Shown: positions 57,943 to 64,000 of the stretch, in pieces
Layout: every line of letters begins with the position of its first letter
Position numbering within the stretch: the first letter of the stretch is position 1
NCBI GenBank assembly: GCA_963771355.1
Contig: CAVYTA010000006.1
Location: forward strand, 1,888,001-1,952,000
Source: an uncultured Candidatus Rokubacteria bacterium
GTDB lineage: Bacteria > Methylomirabilota > Methylomirabilia > Rokubacteriales > CSP1-6
DNA: 64,000 bases
Direction of reading: 5' to 3'
The notes under the pieces: generated by a model
The model's database searches: none
What the model saw: only the letters and a program-made list of their open reading frames with translations
What the model was told of the DNA's origin: nothing
Position numbers and translations under genes: made by a program

Positions 57943-58649
57943 GCGAGCCCCTGCTCCGGGTGGAGAACGTCTACACCGCCTACGGCCTGTCCCAGGTTCT
58001 CTTCGGCGTCTCCCTCGAGGTGGGGCGCGGCGAGTGCGTCTGCCTGCTGGGCCGCAACGGCGTGGGCAAGACCACCACCATGCGCAGCATCATGGGCCTC
58101 ACCCCGCCCACCCAGGGCCGGGTGGAGTGGAAGGGGCGTGACGTCACGCGCCGGGCCCCCTACGAGGTGGCCAAGCTGGGCATCGGCTTCGTGCCCGAGG
58201 ACCGCCGCATCTTCGCCGATCTCACGGTGTGGGAGAATCTCGACGTGGCGACCCGACGGGCGTCCGCCGGCGGCGGCTTCACCCTCGAGCGAGTCTACGA
58301 GCTCTTCCCCAATCTGGCCGAGCTGCGCGACCGGCAAGGGGGCTTCCTCTCCGGGGGTGAGCAGCAGATGCTCACCATCGCGCGTACCCTCATGGGCAAT
58401 CCCGAGCTGCTCCTCCTCGACGAGCCCTCCGAGGGTCTCGCCCCGCTGGTGGTCGAGCACCTGGGAGAGCAGATCGGCCGGCTCAAGCGCGACGGGCTCA
58501 CCATCCTGCTCGCCGAGCAGAACGTGGACTTCTCGCTGGCGCTGGCCGATCGTGTCTACGTGCTCGAGAAGGGGACGGTCCGCTACGAAGGCACCGCTCA
58601 GGCCTTCCGGGTCGACGAATCCATTCGCCACCAGTACCTCGCGCTCTGA
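57939..58649 (+). CDS. LivF-like ABC ATPase
   Basis: GRNGVGKT, LSGGEQQM. Confidence 0.93.
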   Translation: MSEPLLRVENVYTAYGLSQVLFGVSLEVGRGECVCLLGRNGVGKTTTMRSIMGLTPPTQGRVEWKGRDVTRRAPYEVAKLGIGFVPEDRRIFADLTVWENLDVATRRASAGGGFTLERVYELFPNLAELRDRQGGFLSGGEQQMLTIARTLMGNPELLLLDEPSEGLAPLVVEHLGEQIGRLKRDGLTILLAEQNVDFSLALADRVYVLEKGTVRYEGTAQAFRVDESIRHQYLAL

Positions 58650-58660
58650 GGGATAACGCC

Positions 58661-59554
58661 ATGGAGATCGGCTGCCATCTTCCGACACAGGGGCCCCTGG
58701 CCAACGGGGAAGCGCTCACCGCCTTCTGCCGCGCCGCCGAGGCGCACCAGGTCGCCTCGCTCTGGGTGAGCGATCACGTGATCTTCCCGCGCACCGAAGC
58801 CCCCGGCTATCCGGGCGGGCGCTTCCCGCATCCTCCTGATCGCGCGTACCTTGAACCGGTGGTCGTCCTCGCCGCCGCCGCGGTGTGCACGACGAAGGCG
58901 CGGCTGGGCGCGTCCGTGTTCATCCTGGGGCACCGCCATCCCATTGTGATGGCCAAGATGCTCACCAGCATCGACGCCTTGTCCAACGGCCGCCTCATCT
59001 GCGGAGTAGGCGTGGGCTGGTGGCAGCAGGAGCTCGAGATGCTCGGCGTGCCCTTCCATCAGCGGGGCCGTCACGCGGACGAGATCCTCCGGGCCTTCAA
59101 GGTGCTGTGGTCCGAGGAGAACCCGTCGCTGGAGGGTGAGTTCTTCCGCTTCCGCGACCTCGGCTTCGCGCCCAAGCCGGTGCAGAAGCCGCACCCGCCC
59201 ATCTGGGTGGGCGGGGACAGCCCCGGCGCCTTCCGCCGAGTGGTCACCCTCGGCGACGGCTGGCATGCCACCTCCAAGACGCCCGAGCAGCTCCGCGAGG
59301 CGCTGGACCGGCTCCGCGCCGCGGCGGACAAGGCCAAGCGCCCCTTCGACTCCATCGAGCTGAGCCTCCGTTTTGGGATCACCGACGCCCTGCTCGCCCA
59401 GGGCCCGCAGGCGGTGGTGGACGTGCTCGCGGAGTACAAGCGGATCGGCCTCGCCCACATCGTGCTCGAGTTCCGCCGCGACGATCTGCCCCGCATGCTC
59501 GAGATCCTCGACCTCGTCACGGGGACCATCCGGCCCGCCGTCGACGCGGCCTGA
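58661..59554 (+). CDS. LLM-class (luciferase-like) flavin/F420-dependent oxidoreductase
   Basis: WVSDHV, LSNGRL, GVGW, PKPVQKPHPPIWVGG. Confidence 0.9.
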   Translation: MEIGCHLPTQGPLANGEALTAFCRAAEAHQVASLWVSDHVIFPRTEAPGYPGGRFPHPPDRAYLEPVVVLAAAAVCTTKARLGASVFILGHRHPIVMAKMLTSIDALSNGRLICGVGVGWWQQELEMLGVPFHQRGRHADEILRAFKVLWSEENPSLEGEFFRFRDLGFAPKPVQKPHPPIWVGGDSPGAFRRVVTLGDGWHATSKTPEQLREALDRLRAAADKAKRPFDSIELSLRFGITDALLAQGPQAVVDVLAEYKRIGLAHIVLEFRRDDLPRMLEILDLVTGTIRPAVDAA

Positions 59555-59564
59555 GGCCGGCCGG

Positions 59565-60959
59565 TTGACGGTGGCCGCCCTCTCGGCCTCCCGGCGACTC
59601 GCGCGCTTCGTCCTCGGGCTCCGCCTCGACGACGTGCCCGCGCCCGTGGTCGCCCGCGCGCGCCTGCTCGCGCTGGACACGCTCGGCAATTGCCTGGCCG
59701 CCTCCGGTGAGGCGTTCGCGCGCGCGGTGGTCGAGACGGCCGAGCGGCTCGGCGGCCCCGGGGAGAGCACCGTGATCGGGAGCGGGGTCAAGGTCGCGGC
59801 GGCCAATGCCGTGCTCGCCAACGCCACCCTCGCCCACGGCCTCGACTTCGACGATACCCGCGAGGACGCCATCGTCCACACGGGCTGCGTGGCCGTCACC
59901 GCCGCGCTCGCGATGGCGGAGGCGGCCAAGGCCTCCGGGCGCGAGGCGCTCGAGGCCGCCATTGCGGCGGTGGAGGTGATGTGCCGGATCGGCCTCGCCG
60001 TGCCCGGCGCGTTTCATGCCCGCCACTTCCATCCCACCGCTCTCACCGCCCCGTTTGCGGCCGCCGCCGCCGCCGCGCGGCTCCGGCGGCTGTCCGAGGA
60101 TCAGCTCGTGCACGCCTTCGGCATCTGCGGCAGCCAGGCCGCCGGCATCATCGAGTATCTCGCCGACGGCACGTGGACCAAGCGCCTGCATCCGGGCTGG
60201 AGCGGGCACGCCGGCATCGTGGCCACCGTGCTCGCCGAGTCCGGCTTCACCGGTCCCGAGACCGTGCTGGAGGGTGCGCATGGCCTCTACTCGGCCTTTG
60301 CCGGCGGTCATGACGCGGCCCGGCTCGACGCGCTGCTCGACACGCTCGGCCGTCACTGGGAGCTGGCCGAGCTCACCTTCAAGCCCTATCCGTGCGGCTC
60401 CATTGCCCAGCCCTACATGGATTGCGCGATGCGGCTCCGCGCGCGGCACCAGCTCCGCCCCGGCGACATCCGCGCCGTGACGTGCCGCACCGCCGCCGGG
60501 CCCCTGCCCCGGCTCTGGGAGCCCCTCGCGTCGAAGCACGCGCCGCGTAACGGCTACGCCGCGAAGTTCAGCCTGCCCTATCTCGTGGCGGTCATCCTCG
60601 TGAAAGGGCGCGCGGGCCTCGCCGAGTTCGAGGATGCCGCAGTGGCCGATCCGGAAGTCCTCGCGGTGACCCGGAAGGTCACCTACGCGCTGGACTCCAC
60701 CATCGACTATCCGCGCCAGTTCGTGGGCGACGTCGAGATCACCCGAACCGACGGCCAGGTGCTCCGCGAGCGCCAGGATCGTCCGCGGGGCGGACCCGAC
60801 GCGCCCCTCTCGCGCGAGGAGCTCGAGGCGAAGTTCCGCGGCAATGCCGCCGCCCTGCCGCCGGCCGCCATCGAGCGCGTGATCCGGCTCGTCGATGCGC
60901 TCGATACGGGCGCGCCGCTCCCGGATCTCTTCACCGCTCTCACGCCCGCGAGGAGCTGA
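59565..60959 (+). CDS. MmgE/PrpD family protein
   Basis: AHGLDFDD, FHPT, KRLHPG, FKPYPCG, KFS; start 59565 or 59571. Confidence 0.9.
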   Translation: MTVAALSASRRLARFVLGLRLDDVPAPVVARARLLALDTLGNCLAASGEAFARAVVETAERLGGPGESTVIGSGVKVAAANAVLANATLAHGLDFDDTREDAIVHTGCVAVTAALAMAEAAKASGREALEAAIAAVEVMCRIGLAVPGAFHARHFHPTALTAPFAAAAAAARLRRLSEDQLVHAFGICGSQAAGIIEYLADGTWTKRLHPGWSGHAGIVATVLAESGFTGPETVLEGAHGLYSAFAGGHDAARLDALLDTLGRHWELAELTFKPYPCGSIAQPYMDCAMRLRARHQLRPGDIRAVTCRTAAGPLPRLWEPLASKHAPRNGYAAKFSLPYLVAVILVKGRAGLAEFEDAAVADPEVLAVTRKVTYALDSTIDYPRQFVGDVEITRTDGQVLRERQDRPRGGPDAPLSREELEAKFRGNAAALPPAAIERVIRLVDALDTGAPLPDLFTALTPARS

Positions 60960-60961
60960 CC

Positions 60962-61981
60962 ATGCCCAGGCTGACCCTCTTGCTCGCCGTCCTCATCACC
61001 TTCTCTCTCCTGCCGGGCGAGGCCGGGGCCCAGACGCCCCTCGTGGAAGCGGCGAAGAAGGAGGGCAAGGTGGTGTGGTACACCTCCCTCGCGCTCCCCA
61101 GCGCGGAGAAGGTGGCCAAGCTCTTCGAAGCGGCCTATCCCGGCATCAAGGTCGAGGTGCACCGCACCGGCTCGCAGCGCATCCTCCAGCGCGTCATGCA
61201 GGAGCTTCAGGCGAACATCAAGAACGTGGACGTGATCCATACCTCGGATGCCGGCCACTTCGTGCTCCTCAAGGAGAAGAAGCTGCTCGCCCGCCACACG
61301 CCGGCGGGCGTGGACCGCTTCCCCGCCGGCTTCAAGGACAAGGACGGCTACTACTACGGGCTCCGCGCCACCGTGAACGTGATCGCCTACAACACCCAGA
61401 AGATCTCGGCCGCGGACGCGCCCAGGACCTGGAAGGACCTCCTCGATCCGAAGTGGAAGGGCCGGATGGTCACCGCGCATCCCGGCTATAGCGGCGTCAT
61501 CGCCACTCACGTGCTCGCGCTCGTTCACCTCCACGGCTGGGAGTACTTCCAGGCCCTGGCGAAGAACCAGCTCATGCTGGTGCAGTCGGCGGTGGATCCC
61601 GCCGGCGTGGTGGCCTCGGGCGAGCGGCCGGTGGCGGTGAACGGGGGCGACTACACCTTCTACCAGTCGAAGAAGCAGGGCAACCCGGTGGAGATCGTGT
61701 ACCCGAAGGAGGGTGTGCCGCTGGTGGTGTCCCCGAGCGCGATCGCGTCCTTCGCCCCCCACCCGAACGCGGCGCGCCTGTTCACGGACTTTGGATTCAC
61801 CCGAGAGGTCCAGCAGGTGATGGCGGACAGCGAGGGCCTCTACACCGGCCACCCCGACGTGAAGTACCCCACCGACAAGCCCAAGCTCACCGACCTCAAG
61901 CTCCTCACCGCCGAGCCCGAGGAGCTGGAGAAGCGGAACGAGGAGATCAAGAAGCGCTTCGTGGAGTTCTTCGGGGCCTGA
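60962..61981 (+). CDS. AfuA/FbpA-like ABC substrate-binding protein
   Basis: Signal peptide, AAKKEG, WKDLLDPKWKG, APHPNAARLF. Confidence 0.9.
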   Translation: MPRLTLLLAVLITFSLLPGEAGAQTPLVEAAKKEGKVVWYTSLALPSAEKVAKLFEAAYPGIKVEVHRTGSQRILQRVMQELQANIKNVDVIHTSDAGHFVLLKEKKLLARHTPAGVDRFPAGFKDKDGYYYGLRATVNVIAYNTQKISAADAPRTWKDLLDPKWKGRMVTAHPGYSGVIATHVLALVHLHGWEYFQALAKNQLMLVQSAVDPAGVVASGERPVAVNGGDYTFYQSKKQGNPVEIVYPKEGVPLVVSPSAIASFAPHPNAARLFTDFGFTREVQQVMADSEGLYTGHPDVKYPTDKPKLTDLKLLTAEPEELEKRNEEIKKRFVEFFGA

Positions 61982-61986
61982 GCGGA

Positions 61987-63687
61987 GTGGCCGTTCCCGT
62001 CGCCGCGCCGCCCCGCTTCCAGGGCCTCGATCGCGCGTTGCCGGTCTGGGTGGCGGCCGCGCTGGTGCTGGTCTTCCTCATGGGCCTGCCGCTGGGCTGG
62101 CTGGCCTGGATGAGCGTGAGCGGCGAGGGCGGATTCACCGTCCGGCACTATTGGACTGTTTTCTCCGACCGCGCGCTGCAGCGGGCGCTGTGGAACACCG
62201 TGGTGATGGCCTTCTGGGTGGGCCTCGCCTCGGTGGCGGTGGGGGCGCCACTGGCCTGGCTCACCGCCCGCACCGATATCCCCTTCCGAGGCCTGATCCG
62301 CGCCCTCGTGCTCGCCTCCTTCGTGACGCCGCCCTTTCTCGGCGCCTTCGCGTGGGTGATGCTGGCGGGACCCAATGCGGGACTATTGAACCGGCTCTGG
62401 CGCGGCGCCACCGGCGCCGAGGCGCCGCTGCTCAATATCTTCAGCATGCCGGGGCTCATCTTCGTCGTCACCATCTACACCTTCCCCTACGTCTACATCA
62501 TGGTGGCCAATACGCTCGCCCTCATCGCCTCCGACCTGGAGGAAGCGGGCGCGATTCTCGGCGCCGGGCGCTTCTGGGTGGCCCTGACGGTCACCCTCCC
62601 CATGGTCTTGCCCGCGCTGGCCAGCGGCTTCATCCTGGCCTCGCTCCAGGCGCTGGCGCTCTTCGGCTCCCCCGCCATCCTCGCCCTGCCCGCGGGCTTC
62701 CATACCGTGACCACCCAGATCTGGTCGCTCTTCCAGTTCCCGCCCAAGGTCGAGATGGCGGCCGCCTTCTCGCTCCCGCTCTTCCTCGCCACCGCGCTTC
62801 TCCTCGCCGCGCAGAAGCGCCTCCTCGGGCGGCGCGGCTACGCCGCGGTGGGCGGCAAGGGCGGCGCGCGCCGCATGATCCTGCTGGGACGCTGGCGCCT
62901 CCCCGCGCTGGCGGCCGGTCTGGCCGTGATGGCCTGCGCGATCTTCCTGCCCTACGGGATCCTCGCCAAGGCCGCCTTCTCGCGCGCCTGGGCGCAGCCC
63001 TTGACCTGGAGCAACCTCACCCTGAAGAACTTCACCTTCACCTTCTTCGAGTACAGCGCCACCCAGGCCGCCATCGTGAACACGCTCGAGCTGGGCGTGC
63101 TCACCGCCACCGTGGGGGCGGGGCTGGTGGCGCTGCTGGCCTATGTCACCAGCCGCCGCCTGGTGATCGGCCATCAGGTGGTGGCCTTTCTCGCGCTGGC
63201 CCCGGTGGTCATCCCCGGCGTGGTCCTCGCGGTGGCGCTGTTCATCGCGTATACCCGCCCGCCCTTCCTGCTCTACGGGACGCTCTGGATCCTCTTCATC
63301 GCCTATCTCACCAAGGAGATGCCGGTGGGCTACGCGCAGGCAGACGCCACCTTCCGGGGCATCCCCTCCGAGCTGGAGGACGCCGGGCGCATCCTGGGGG
63401 CGGGCCGCTTCCGTGTGCTCCGCGACGTCACCGCGCCGCTGGCCCGGAGCGGGATCATCGCCGCGTGGTGCTTCATCTTCATCGGCGTGATCCGCGAGCT
63501 CTCCGCCTCCATCATCCTCTTCACGCCCAATACGAAGGTGATGTCGGTGGTGCTCTTCGACCTCAAGGAGGAGGGCCAGTTCGGCGCCATCGCGGTCCTG
63601 GGCCTGGTCATGCTCGCGCTCACCTTCGCCACCGTGGCGCTGGTGCAGGCGGTGCTCGGTCGCGACGTGCTCGGGGCGCGCGACTGA
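61987..63687 (+). CDS. FbpB/AfuB-like duplicated ABC permease
   Basis: Two EAA loops (LEEAGAILGA, LEDAGRILGA). Confidence 0.92.
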   Translation: MAVPVAAPPRFQGLDRALPVWVAAALVLVFLMGLPLGWLAWMSVSGEGGFTVRHYWTVFSDRALQRALWNTVVMAFWVGLASVAVGAPLAWLTARTDIPFRGLIRALVLASFVTPPFLGAFAWVMLAGPNAGLLNRLWRGATGAEAPLLNIFSMPGLIFVVTIYTFPYVYIMVANTLALIASDLEEAGAILGAGRFWVALTVTLPMVLPALASGFILASLQALALFGSPAILALPAGFHTVTTQIWSLFQFPPKVEMAAAFSLPLFLATALLLAAQKRLLGRRGYAAVGGKGGARRMILLGRWRLPALAAGLAVMACAIFLPYGILAKAAFSRAWAQPLTWSNLTLKNFTFTFFEYSATQAAIVNTLELGVLTATVGAGLVALLAYVTSRRLVIGHQVVAFLALAPVVIPGVVLAVALFIAYTRPPFLLYGTLWILFIAYLTKEMPVGYAQADATFRGIPSELEDAGRILGAGRFRVLRDVTAPLARSGIIAAWCFIFIGVIRELSASIILFTPNTKVMSVVLFDLKEEGQFGAIAVLGLVMLALTFATVALVQAVLGRDVLGARD

Positions 63688-64000
63688 TGCCGGGCGTGAG
63701 CCTGCGCGGCCTCACCAAGCGGTACGGCGACACCGCCGCGGTGGAAGGGCTCTCCCTCGACGTCCGCCCCGGCGAGCTGGTGGCGCTGCTGGGGCCCTCC
63801 GGCTGCGGCAAGACCACCACGCTGCGGCTGGTGGCGGGCTTTCTCCAGCCGGAGGCGGGCGAGATCTGGGTGGGCGATCGCCGCCTCTCCGCGCCCGGCG
63901 CGGTGACCCCACCGGAGCGGCGGCGCATGGCCATGATCTTCCAGAGCTACGCCCTCTGGCCCCACATGACGGTGGCGCAGAACGTGGGCTACGGGCTCCG
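63687..64000 (+). CDS. PotA/FbpC-like ABC ATPase (partial, runs off window)
   Basis: TGATG overlap; GPSGCGKTT; FQSYALWPHMTV. Confidence 0.92.
   Translation, partial: MPGVSLRGLTKRYGDTAAVEGLSLDVRPGELVALLGPSGCGKTTTLRLVAGFLQPEAGEIWVGDRRLSAPGAVTPPERRRMAMIFQSYALWPHMTVAQNVGYGL

Noticed and set aside
1313..63965. Many long antisense or alternate-frame ORFs (for example 9642-12461, 24839-27589, 28979-31690, 52581-55133)
   Set aside because: They shadow well-supported genes, have Arg/Gly/Pro-rich or antisense-typical composition and show no motifs; expected at high GC
1..64000. tRNA, rRNA, IS elements, prophage
   Set aside because: No cloverleaf or rRNA signature, transposase, integrase or phage gene recognised by eye; a covariance-model scan was not possible

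Overview
Gene-dense, very GC-rich bacterial chromosomal segment; its style suggests Ca. Rokubacteria/Methylomirabilota, but that is inference. I saw no rRNA, tRNA, CRISPR array, transposase or integrase. Contents in order: three coupled small membrane-protein ORFs; comEA-comEC; a stand-alone divergent rpoA; mltG, an acyltransferase, argH and an FN3 lipoprotein; an inverted lysA; dapA-dapB-FAH-folB-folK-ECF sigma/anti-sigma; a surface-polysaccharide cluster with a broken O-antigen ligase/polymerase gene; two divergent peptide-type ABC clusters lacking ATPases; an MlrC-like peptidase, DUF1054, HAD, methyltransferase and a frameshifted EamA; a Liv-type ABC system; ParB-like/PCD/SDR; an M16 peptidase pair; a Cas4/AddB-like nuclease with a HAD; a small secreted peptide; a Tat MBL hydrolase; a MacAB-like exporter; and a long catabolic/transport cluster running off the right edge. 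Best leads: (1) an orphan RNA polymerase alpha with its own promoter and terminator, an intact CTD and a deleted beta'-contact loop; (2) palindromic repeats inserted in frame into proteins; (3) repeated leaderless gene starts; (4) a probable CTG-initiated folB; (5) a putative sigma54-driven small peptide.
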